64,000 nucleotides of DNA from an uncultured Solirubrobacterales bacterium. GTDB taxonomy: Bacteria > Actinomycetota > Thermoleophilia > Solirubrobacterales > Solirubrobacteraceae. Position 1 is the first letter of the stretch, and the number at the start of each line of letters is the position of its first letter. The position numbers were made by a program, and so were the translations under genes. Shown here piece after piece: positions 53,929 to 61,598 of the stretch. The DNA lies in the NCBI GenBank assembly GCA_963785205.1, contig CAWAUJ010000002.1, positions 37,436 through 101,435 on the forward strand, written 5' to 3'. Below the pieces are notes generated by a model. That model searched no databases. It saw only the letters and a list, made by a program, of their open reading frames with translations, and was not told the DNA's origin.

Positions 53929-55412
53929 GCGACCGGCGGCGGCCCTCGGCGCAGCCGACCGCGCCCTACCTGGAGGCCGTGAGCGCGTATGGCTTCCGCG
54001 GCTCGACGCGATTCCATGTTCCGGGCCACAAGGGAGGCGACGGAGCCGACCCCGGGCTGCGGCTCGCGCTGGGGGAGCGCGCGCTCCTGCTCGACATTCC
54101 GCAGGACATCGAAGGGATCGATCTGGGCCCCTCGCCGACGCCCTACGAGCAGGCTGAGCGCCTGGCCGCCGACGCCTACGGTGCCCACCGCGCCTGGTTT
54201 CTGACCAACGGCGCCTCCCAGGGAAATCATGCTCTGTGCCTGGCCCTGGCCCCGCCCCGGACCCCGGTGGTGGTCCAGCGCAACTCGCACGCCAGCCTGG
54301 TCGACGGGCTGATCCTCAGTGGCGGGGCGCCGAGCTGGGTGGCTCCCGAGTATGACGAGGAGCTCGGAATGGCCCACGGCGTCACCCCCGGGGCGCTCGA
54401 GCAGGCGCTGAGCCACACGCCCGAAGCGCGCGCCGCGTTCATCGTCTCACCGACCTACTACGGCATGGCCGCCGACGTCGAGGGCTGCGTCGAGGTTGCC
54501 CATCGCGCCGGAGTGGCACTGATCGTGGACAACGCGTGGGGGTCTCACTTCGGCTTTCACCCCGCGCTGCCCGCGTCTCCGCTCCACCTGGGGGCCGACG
54601 CGATGCTGGCCTCCACCCACAAGATCGTCGGGAGCCTGACTCAATCGGCGATGTTGCTCGTGGCCGAAACCGAGCTGCTGGACATCGAGGCCGTCGGCCG
54701 GGCGATTCGGCTCGTGCGGTCGACCAGCCAGAGCTCGCTGCTGATGGCCTCGCTCGATGCCGCTCGTCGGCAGCTGGCCGTCCACGGTGAAGCGCTCCTG
54801 GACCGGACGCTGAAGGCGGCCTCGGGCGCCCGGGCTGCGATCGCCGAGGTCGAAGGCTGCGCCGTGGTGGGGCAGGGCATGGTCGGTCACCCGGGGGTCG
54901 CCGGCTGGGATCCGCTCCGGATCGTGATCGACGTCCGCGGCACCGGCTGCACCGGGTATGAGGTGGCCGCCGCGCTCCGGGTGACCGACGACATCTACGT
55001 CGAGCTGGCCACCCACGCCACCCTGGTGCTGGTCCTGGGTCTCGGGCAGACGGTCGATCCGCTCGAGCGGCTGGCCCATGACTTCGGCGAGACGGTCAAC
55101 CAGATCAGACGCCCCGGTCAGATGACGGCGATCGCACGTTCGCCGGGGGCGCTCAAGCTCCAGACGGTCGTCTCACCGCGGGAGGCGTTCCTCGGCAATG
55201 GGGAAGCGATCGCGGTCGACGAGGCCGTGGGGCGGATCTCGTGCGAGTCGATCGCCGGCTACCCGCCGGGCATTCCGGCGCTGCTCCCGGGCGAGCGCGT
55301 CACCGACGAGGTGATCGCCTATCTGCGGGAGCTGACCAGCGTGGGAGCTCGGCTGCACGGCGCCGCCGACCCGACGTTCGCCACCGTGCGCGTGCTGGTG
55401 GAGCGCGAGTAG
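53925..55412 (+). CDS. PLP-dependent Orn/Lys/Arg decarboxylase-family (fold type I) enzyme
   Basis: 495 aa; GTGA-type overlap with prfB. FHVPGHKGG, STHKIVGSLTQSAML (PLP Lys), GYPPGIPALLPGERV. Confidence 0.75.
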   Translation: MSDRRRPSAQPTAPYLEAVSAYGFRGSTRFHVPGHKGGDGADPGLRLALGERALLLDIPQDIEGIDLGPSPTPYEQAERLAADAYGAHRAWFLTNGASQGNHALCLALAPPRTPVVVQRNSHASLVDGLILSGGAPSWVAPEYDEELGMAHGVTPGALEQALSHTPEARAAFIVSPTYYGMAADVEGCVEVAHRAGVALIVDNAWGSHFGFHPALPASPLHLGADAMLASTHKIVGSLTQSAMLLVAETELLDIEAVGRAIRLVRSTSQSSLLMASLDAARRQLAVHGEALLDRTLKAASGARAAIAEVEGCAVVGQGMVGHPGVAGWDPLRIVIDVRGTGCTGYEVAAALRVTDDIYVELATHATLVLVLGLGQTVDPLERLAHDFGETVNQIRRPGQMTAIARSPGALKLQTVVSPREAFLGNGEAIAVDEAVGRISCESIAGYPPGIPALLPGERVTDEVIAYLRELTSVGARLHGAADPTFATVRVLVERE

Positions 55413-55422
55413 CGCCCCGGCC

Positions 55423-55450
55423 CCCTCCAGGCCGCAGCCGGCCCGGAGGG
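55423..55450. terminator. GC-rich hairpin between convergent genes (possible bidirectional terminator)
   Basis: CCCTCC...GGAGGG outer stem with inner GGCCG/CGGCC pairing. No clear U-tract. Confidence 0.3.
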
Positions 55451-55468
55451 AGCAGAAGGCAGGAACTG

Positions 55469-56482
55469 CTAGGGCTGGAAGCGGTAGATCGCTCCCAGCT
55501 GGGTGGCACTGACAGCCGTCTGCGCCACGTAGACCCAGCCCTTGTTCACGCCCAGGCCAACGATGTTGCTGCCCTTGGCGAAACCGCTGAGCTCGGTCCG
55601 CGGATTGCCCCCCGCCAGGGGGATCGAGACCACCTGAGCAGGACCACCCACTCCAAACTCGGAGATGTAGAGGCGGTTGCCCAGGATTCCCAAGCCCATC
55701 GCATCGGTGTGCGGCGTGAAGAACTGAAACGGCTTCGCGTAACCGTTGCAGGTCCAGGCCGCCGTCCAGTTGCACTTGGGGAAGCCGTAGTTCTGGCCCT
55801 GCTTGACCTTGAGCACGAAGTCAGGCGGGTTTGTGGCGCCCATGTCCTGGCCCAGATCGCTCACGTACGGCGTCTTGGATCCCTTGGCGAACGCGAACTG
55901 CCAGGGCTGGCGCATGCCTTTGGCAAACACCTTCACCTGCTTGCCCGACGAGGTCATCGACAGGATGTCGTACTGGTAGGGCGCCGTGGCCGGCCCATGG
56001 TCATTCGTCTGGCCGACGTCCACGCCGGCATAGAGCCGGCCGTCCGAGCCGAAGGCCAGACCGTTGAACGCGGGGAAACCCTTCGGGGCCTTGTAGATCG
56101 TCTTTTGCTTGGCGAACTTCGTGCCGTTCCACCCGCTCCAGGCCTCAATGCTCGTGGGCGTGCTCACGTAAAGAGAGCCCTTGTAAAAGGTCACGCCAAA
56201 CGAGAACACGGGCGAGCCCGCGAGCTTTACCGCCTTGCCGCCCTTGATCACGTAGACACCACCGATCCCGGCTGCCTGCTGCGGCGGCGTGCCGTCGCTG
56301 AAGAACACCTGACCGTCGCCGAAGGCAAAGGCGGTCGGGGTGGCGACGTTCGAGGCCACCAGCTGGGCGGCCTTGCCCTTGGGAGTTGTTGGTCCTGTCT
56401 TGCTGGCTGCACCGGCGCTGGCGGCCGCCAGGCCGCCGGCCATGGCCAGCACCAGCGAAATCTTCCCTGCGCGTCTGAGCAT
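55469..56482 (-). CDS. secreted beta-propeller protein, PQQ-dependent sugar (glucose/sorbosone) dehydrogenase-like
   Basis: Signal peptide KISLVLAMAGGLAAASAGAAS. Repeated blade-like segments; MRQPWQFAF and QNYGFP motifs resemble the soluble GDH-B/sorbosone dehydrogenase family. Confidence 0.5.
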   Translation of the reverse strand: MLRRAGKISLVLAMAGGLAAASAGAASKTGPTTPKGKAAQLVASNVATPTAFAFGDGQVFFSDGTPPQQAAGIGGVYVIKGGKAVKLAGSPVFSFGVTFYKGSLYVSTPTSIEAWSGWNGTKFAKQKTIYKAPKGFPAFNGLAFGSDGRLYAGVDVGQTNDHGPATAPYQYDILSMTSSGKQVKVFAKGMRQPWQFAFAKGSKTPYVSDLGQDMGATNPPDFVLKVKQGQNYGFPKCNWTAAWTCNGYAKPFQFFTPHTDAMGLGILGNRLYISEFGVGGPAQVVSIPLAGGNPRTELSGFAKGSNIVGLGVNKGWVYVAQTAVSATQLGAIYRFQP

Positions 56483-56574
56483 GCGTCCTCCTTATCAGAA
56501 GTAGTTCGGTCCCAGGGGCCCCCACCCCAGAGTGTCGAGGATAGCGGGAGTCGGGAGTCAGCCCCGTGCTGTGC

Positions 56575-56646
56575 CCGGACGGTGCATGCACCGTCCGGAG
56601 GGGCGGCACATGTGCCGCCCCTGGTGGGCGCGCATGCGCGCCCACC
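56575..56646. repeat. three contiguous perfect 24-bp palindromes, each centred on CATG
   Basis: 56575-56598 CCGGACGGTGCA|TGCACCGTCCGG; 56599-56622 AGGGGCGGCACA|TGTGCCGCCCCT; 56623-56646 GGTGGGCGCGCA|TGCGCGCCCACC. All verified base by base. Confidence 0.95.
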
Positions 56647-56654
56647 CGCCCCCG

Positions 56655-56709
56655 CTCCAGCGCTGGCCCGCTCGGCATCCAGCCTCGCCACGACCGGGCC
56701 GCGCTGGAG
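56655..56709. other. long imperfect hairpin (15 bp in two stem segments with one bulge, 24-nt loop) following the palindrome block
   Basis: CTCCAGCGC-t-GGCCCG ... CGGGCC-GCGCTGGAG. Lies 51 nt upstream of the nadC ATG. Confidence 0.6.
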
Positions 56710-56759
56710 TCATCCAGCTGCACGGGGGCGAACACCCCTATCTACAATCGAGGCCAGGC

Positions 56760-57602
56760 ATGCTCGACGGGCGCAAGAGCTTGATCGCAGACGTGGTCGC
56801 CCGGGCGCTCGCCGAGGACGTGGGGGAGGGGGACGTGACGACCGCGGCCACGGTGCCGGCCGATGCCCACGCCCGGGCCCGGATCACCCAGAAGGCCCCG
56901 GGCGTCGTGTTCGGCCTGGATCTGGCCGAGGAGACCTTTCGCCAGCTCGACCCCGAGATCGTCTCTAGGTGGCTGGTGGAAGAGGGACTGTGGCGCTCGG
57001 ACGGGCCGGTGCTCGAGCTCGAGGGCTCGGCTCGGGCCATCCTGACCGGCGAGCGCACCGCGCTGAACTTCCTCCAGCGCCTCTCAGGCGTGGCCACGAT
57101 GGCGGCGCGAGCCAGCCAGGCCGTGGCCGGGACGGGGGCAGAGATCCTCGATACGCGTAAGACCACGCCCGGCCTGCGGACGCTCGAGAAGGCCGCGGTG
57201 GCCGCCGGTGGCGCCACCAACCACCGAGCCGGGCTCTACGACGCGATCCTGATCAAGGAGAACCACGCCGCGCTCGCCGGGGGCGTCGGAGCGGCCGTCC
57301 GGGCGGCCCGGGATCAGGCCCCAGGGCTCCCGCTGGAGATCGAGTGCCGCACGCTCGAGGAGGTCGACGAGGCGCTGGCCGCGGGGGCCGACTGGATTCT
57401 CCTGGACAACATGGACCCGGCGGGGCTCCGAGTGGCGGTGGAGCGCGTGGCCGGGCGGGCCAAGCTCGAGGCCAGCGGCGGGGTGACGCTCGAAAACGTG
57501 GGGGAAATAGCCCGCACCGGCGTAGACTTCGTGTCGTTGGGCGCGATCACGCACAGTGCGCCCGCGCTTGATCTGTCCCTGATTCTCGAGCCCTTGCCAT
57601 GA
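56760..57602 (+). CDS. nadC: nicotinate-nucleotide pyrophosphorylase (carboxylating)
   Basis: ATG 56760 lies inside ORF 56532..57602. ALAEDVGEGDVTT, GERTALNFLQRLSG, DTRKTTPGLR, IKENH and LDNM motifs. Confidence 0.93.
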   Translation: MLDGRKSLIADVVARALAEDVGEGDVTTAATVPADAHARARITQKAPGVVFGLDLAEETFRQLDPEIVSRWLVEEGLWRSDGPVLELEGSARAILTGERTALNFLQRLSGVATMAARASQAVAGTGAEILDTRKTTPGLRTLEKAAVAAGGATNHRAGLYDAILIKENHAALAGGVGAAVRAARDQAPGLPLEIECRTLEEVDEALAAGADWILLDNMDPAGLRVAVERVAGRAKLEASGGVTLENVGEIARTGVDFVSLGAITHSAPALDLSLILEPLP

Positions 57603-58561
57603 ACCTCCCGATGCTCGGTGCCCTCGACGCACCCCTGATGCTGGAGAACATCCCGGCCCTCCAGGAGGAGATCCGGTCCCTGGCCGCCGAGCGCGACGCC
57701 CTGATCCTGGCCCACAACTACCAGCTGCCTGAGATCCAGGACGTGGCCGACTATGTGGGGGACTCGCTGGGGCTCTCCCAGCAGGCGGCCGCCGCGGAAG
57801 CCGGGACGATCGTCTTCTGCGGCGTCCATTTCATGGCTGAGACCGCTTCGATCCTTTGCCCTGACCGGAGCGTGCTGATCCCCGATCTCGAGGCCGGCTG
57901 CTCGCTGGCCGACTCGATCACCGCTGAGCAGCTACGGGACTGGAAGGCGCAATTTGATGATCCCGCCGACCCTCCGATCGTGGTCATGTACGTGAACACG
58001 ACGGCCGAGGTCAAGGCCGAGACCGACTACTGCTGCACGTCAGCCAATGCCGTCCGGGTGGTCGAGCACATCTATCGCGAGCACGGCGAAGACGTCGAGA
58101 TCCTGTTCGGCCCGGACATGTTCCTCGGCGCCTATGTCGAGCGCACCCTCGGTCGCCCGATGCACGTCTGGGACGGCGAGTGCCACGTCCATGCCGGGAT
58201 CAGGCCAAGCGACATCGCGGCCGTGCGGGCTGCCAACGCGGGCGCGGACTTCCTCATCCACCCCGAGTGCGGATGCTCGACCAGCGTGATGGAGTACGCC
58301 GCCGCCGGCGACCTCGACCCCGAGGGCGTGCACATGCTCTCGACCGGCGGGATGCTGCGTTATGCGGAGCGGATGCGAGGGGGGACGGCGATCGTGGCCA
58401 CGGAGGTGGGGATGCTTCACCCGCTCCGTCAGGCCGCGCCGGACAGCGAGTTCATCGCGGCCAACGAGGCCGCCCACTGCCGGTTCATGAAGATGATCAC
58501 CCTGCCCAAGCTGTGCGAGTCCCTGCGGGCGGGGGTGCACGAGGTTCGGGTCCCGGCCTGA
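57599..58561 (+). CDS. nadA: quinolinate synthase
   Basis: ATGA overlap with nadC. ILAHNYQLPEIQDVADYVGDSL, FCGVHFMAETA, and Cys ligands (CSLADS, HPECGC, EAAHCRFM). Confidence 0.93.
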   Translation: MNLPMLGALDAPLMLENIPALQEEIRSLAAERDALILAHNYQLPEIQDVADYVGDSLGLSQQAAAAEAGTIVFCGVHFMAETASILCPDRSVLIPDLEAGCSLADSITAEQLRDWKAQFDDPADPPIVVMYVNTTAEVKAETDYCCTSANAVRVVEHIYREHGEDVEILFGPDMFLGAYVERTLGRPMHVWDGECHVHAGIRPSDIAAVRAANAGADFLIHPECGCSTSVMEYAAAGDLDPEGVHMLSTGGMLRYAERMRGGTAIVATEVGMLHPLRQAAPDSEFIAANEAAHCRFMKMITLPKLCESLRAGVHEVRVPA

Positions 58562-58609
58562 GGTCGCCGACCGGGCCAGGGTGGCGATCGAGCGGATGGT
58601 GGCGATCTC

Positions 58610-58967
58610 CTAGAGATCGCCGGTCAGATCCAGGCCATCTTCCACGGCCGTGCGCACCGAGCGCAGCGAACTGCGCTTGCGCTCAAACTCGTCAGGGCGT
58701 GTAGCAGTGGACCTCGGCTCCGGCGCCCATCTCGAGCGCATCCCATAGGGCGCCCGCCTGGTACACGCGCTCGAGCCAGGGCATCCCATCGTAGGCCGCC
58801 GAGACGAGGATCAGGACGTACTCGGGGCCGCGCTCTCGCTGGGGTAGTGCCCCGCGCTCGTCGGCCACCCGGGCTCCTCCGAGGTAGGCGACGTCGATCG
58901 CCCAGCGGTCGCCCACGCGATCGAGGTAGCGGCGCAGCTCCGAGCGGTTGACCGGTGTGGTTTCCAC
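58610..58967 (-). CDS. small nucleotidyltransferase-domain (MNT/Pol-beta-superfamily-like) protein; apparent single-base insertion at 58695-58697
   Basis: GTG 58967; VAYLGGARVADERG...EYVLILV...VHCYT. The expected PDEFERKRSSLRSVRTAVEDGLDLTGDL* then continues in the next frame. The stop lies in the loop of hairpin 58601-58621. Confidence 0.45.
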
Positions 58968-58983
58968 TGTTGCGATTCTCCCG

Positions 58984-59040
58984 CCGGGAGCGGCGGGAGC
59001 GGCGGGAGCGGCGCGAGGGCGGGAGCGGCGGGAGGGCGGT
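58984..59040. repeat. G-rich 9-bp tandem repeat (GGCGGGAGC)n, degenerating 3'
   Basis: ccgggagc ggcgggagc ggcgggagc ggcgcgagg gcgggagc ggcgggagg gcggtgggg... Intergenic, between the divergent NTase-like and DUF559 genes. Confidence 0.85.
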
Positions 59041-59306
59041 GGGGGCGGAGCGAGGTGTGGGGCGGATGGAGTGCCGGGCGCGTGACGAAAGCACCGCGGC
59101 TTGCGACGGAAGTGCAATTTGTGGTGATGGAACGGCGACACCTGGGGATAGGGGCGGGACCCAGGGGTGATCATGCAACGAGTGATCCTCCAGAACCGGC
59201 ATAACGCAGCACAGCTCGACCCCCGTGGGCGTACGTGCTGCGTAACCGCGCCTATAGCCGGCAGAACGCAGCACGTAGCCGGGCGACGCGGTCGCTGGTC
59301 TGCGTA

Positions 59307-60212
59307 ATGCCGGTGCGACCGGTGGACGCGGCTGAGCTCGTGCGCCTCTCCCGAGCTCAGCACGGAGCGCTCAGCCGGCAGCAGCTATGCGACGCCGGCC
59401 TCAGCCGTCATTCGATCGACGCCCGTGTGCAGCGCGGCCGACTGGTGCGCCTCTTCCCGGCCGCGTATGCGGCCGGTGACCCCCAGCTGATGCCGTTGGT
59501 TCGACCCGCCGCCGCCCTGCTTTCCCTCGGAGAAAGGTCATATCTCAGCCACCGCTCTGCCGCCGCACTCTGGGGCATGACCGACGACCAACCGGACGCG
59601 ATCGACGTCACCGTCGTCGGTGGCAGCCCGCGACCCCGCTTGGGGATCTGCCTTCACCGCCTCAAACACCTTCACCCCGCGGACACAGCCACCCACTCCA
59701 ACCTCCGCCTGACCGCGCCCGCCCGTACGCTGATCGACTTCGCGGCCCAGGCGACCAGCTCCGAGCTCCACGACGCGTTCGGAGAAGCGCGGGCCAACGG
59801 GTTGCTCTCCGACGCCGCGCTGACCGCCGCCCTCGAGCGGGCGCCAACGAACCACCCCGGCGCGGCGATTGTCAGGGCCATCTGGCGGGACGGCGGGACC
59901 TACGACCGCTCGAGGGCGGAGCGCATCCTCAGGGGACTCTGCCGCCGGGGCCAGCTCCCACAACCGCTGGTCAACGCCCGCCTTCATGGCTTTCGTGCTG
60001 ACTTTTACTGGCCGGACGCGAAGCTGATTCTCGAGGTGGATGGCTATCTGACCCACGGCGGCCGGCTCGCGTTCGAAACCGACCGCCGGCGCGACCAGGT
60101 CCATACGGCCGCCGGCTTCGTCGTTCTCCGCGTCACCTGGCGCCAGCTCAAGGACGAATCGCTTGCTGTATTGGTGCGGCTTGGCCAGGCGATGGCCCGC
60201 CGCGCGGGCTAG
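59307..60212 (+). CDS. AbiEi-like N-terminal domain / C-terminal DUF559 (Vsr-like endonuclease fold) protein
   Basis: N-terminus LSRAQHGALSRQQLCDAGLSRHSIDARVQRGRLVRLFPAAY. C-terminus ADFYWPDAKLILEVDGYLTHGG...DRRRDQVHTAAGFVVLRVTWRQL. Confidence 0.7.
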   Translation: MPVRPVDAAELVRLSRAQHGALSRQQLCDAGLSRHSIDARVQRGRLVRLFPAAYAAGDPQLMPLVRPAAALLSLGERSYLSHRSAAALWGMTDDQPDAIDVTVVGGSPRPRLGICLHRLKHLHPADTATHSNLRLTAPARTLIDFAAQATSSELHDAFGEARANGLLSDAALTAALERAPTNHPGAAIVRAIWRDGGTYDRSRAERILRGLCRRGQLPQPLVNARLHGFRADFYWPDAKLILEVDGYLTHGGRLAFETDRRRDQVHTAAGFVVLRVTWRQLKDESLAVLVRLGQAMARRAG

Positions 60213-60230
60213 AGCAACGCGCCCAGAGCC

Positions 60231-61508
60231 TCAGCGGAGCCCGGTCGTCAGCTCCTCCACCGTGTGGGGGCCAACGCAGGCCACCGCCAGCTCCTCGCTG
60301 ATCCCCGATGCGACCTGCGCGACGTCGTCGTAGCTCACGCGATCCAGGCGCTCGATGGCCAGGTCGGGGTCGACGTCCTCGCCGTAGACGACCGCCTGCT
60401 GGGCTCCATAGCGGGCCACGGAGCCGGTGTTCTCAAACGCGATCGCCCGCGCCCCGCCGGCGTAGGCCCGAGCCCGCTCGACCTCCTCAGGAGTCGGGCC
60501 CTGCTCTCGTAGTTCGGTGACGATTTCCCGCATCCGCGCGAGCGCCTCCACACACTTGGTGCTGTCAAGGCCGGCCGAGAGCTGGAGCACCGTCACGTCG
60601 GCGTAGGCATGAGCCAGCGAATGGACCGAATAGGCCAGCCCTCGCTGCTCCCGGATCTCGTCGAACAGCCGCGAGGCCATCGAGCCGCCCAGCAGGGTGG
60701 AGTAGATCTGGAGCGCTGCCCGCTGGTGCTGGTCTGAGACCTCGACCGATGAGCGGTAGGACATCCGCAGGTGAGACTGGTTTGAGTCCCGCTCGCGCGC
60801 GAGCACTCGGGGCTCCAGCGGCGGCCCGGGCTCAAACGCCTCGGGCTCCGGAGAGGCGGGGAAGCGCTCGAACAGCTCCTCGACCTCGCCGTCCAGGCTG
60901 TCCAGGTTGCCCACGAGGAAGGCCGCCGCGGCACTCGGGGACCAGCGCCGGTTCCGGAAGGCCAGAATCCGGTCCCGCGTGAAGCTGTCCCGGATGTGCT
61001 CGGCCGGGCCGAGCACCGGCCGGCCGAGCGGGTGGTTACCGAAAGCGGCCTCGTCGATCAGGTGCTCGGCCATCACGGCCGGCTGGTCGTTGGCTCGGGC
61101 GATCTCCTGCACCACCACGCCGCGCTCGCGGTCGAGCTCGTCAGGATCGACTTTCGGCCGGGCCACGAAATCGGTCAGCAAATCGGCCGCCTCGAGCCCT
61201 CGCTCGGCCCGGGCCGTGATGTGGAAGGCGACCAGGTCATGGCTGGTGTACGCGTTCAGAACCGCGCCAATCGCCTCAGCGGCCTGGTTCACCGCACGGT
61301 AGGTCGGATACTTCTCTCCGCCCTTGAACACGAGGTGTTCGAGGAAGTGGGCCATCCCGTTCTCCTCGGCCCGTTCGCTACGGGCCCCGGCGTTAAAGGC
61401 GACCAGAATCGTCACCGCGCGGGTCCCGGGGGTGGCGATCCGGTAGAGCGGCAGGCCGTTTGGAAGCTCGCTACGGTGGATGTCTGCCATCCCTAGAGAA
61501 CGGTACAA
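60231..61508 (-). CDS. M16-family (pitrilysin/insulinase) zinc peptidase
   Basis: 425 aa; inverted zinc motif HFLEHLVFKG. Confidence 0.85.
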   Translation of the reverse strand: MYRSLGMADIHRSELPNGLPLYRIATPGTRAVTILVAFNAGARSERAEENGMAHFLEHLVFKGGEKYPTYRAVNQAAEAIGAVLNAYTSHDLVAFHITARAERGLEAADLLTDFVARPKVDPDELDRERGVVVQEIARANDQPAVMAEHLIDEAAFGNHPLGRPVLGPAEHIRDSFTRDRILAFRNRRWSPSAAAAFLVGNLDSLDGEVEELFERFPASPEPEAFEPGPPLEPRVLARERDSNQSHLRMSYRSSVEVSDQHQRAALQIYSTLLGGSMASRLFDEIREQRGLAYSVHSLAHAYADVTVLQLSAGLDSTKCVEALARMREIVTELREQGPTPEEVERARAYAGGARAIAFENTGSVARYGAQQAVVYGEDVDPDLAIERLDRVSYDDVAQVASGISEELAVACVGPHTVEELTTGLR

Positions 61509-61598
61509 CGCCGATTCCCACCCGTGCGGTGCAAATCCCGTTGCAGAGCCCTCTGGGCGACCCTCAGGCTGAGATCGATGTGTACCCTGGCCGCACCT

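Noticed and set aside
56715-56745. NAD+-I riboswitch (nadA motif) upstream of nadC.
   Set aside because: I see only a partial match to the conserved bulge (AACACCCC, against ACANCCCC as I recall it). I do not see the tandem two-domain arrangement. It is kept only as a generic structured leader in the findings.
56566-56784. Small Cys/Thr-rich ORF (MLCPDGACTVRRGGTCAAPGGRACAPT...) that looks like a RiPP precursor with 8-aa repeats.
   Set aside because: The repeat is a direct consequence of translating the three 24-bp CATG-centred palindromes; the opposite strand gives the same peptide motifs. There is no RBS, no nearby modification enzymes, and it overlaps the nadC start region.
58601-58621. 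Perfect 9-bp-stem hairpin GGCGATCTC-cta-GAGATCGCC as a terminator between nadA and the convergent NTase-like gene.
   Set aside because: It is plausible, but there is no U-tract on either strand and the loop coincides with the corrected NTase stop codon. This is too weak to list as a feature.
58984-59040. CRISPR-like or coding (RRSRRSRRS) interpretation of the 9-bp repeats.
   Set aside because: The units are contiguous with no spacers and far too short for CRISPR. The ORFs covering them are low-complexity shadow frames.
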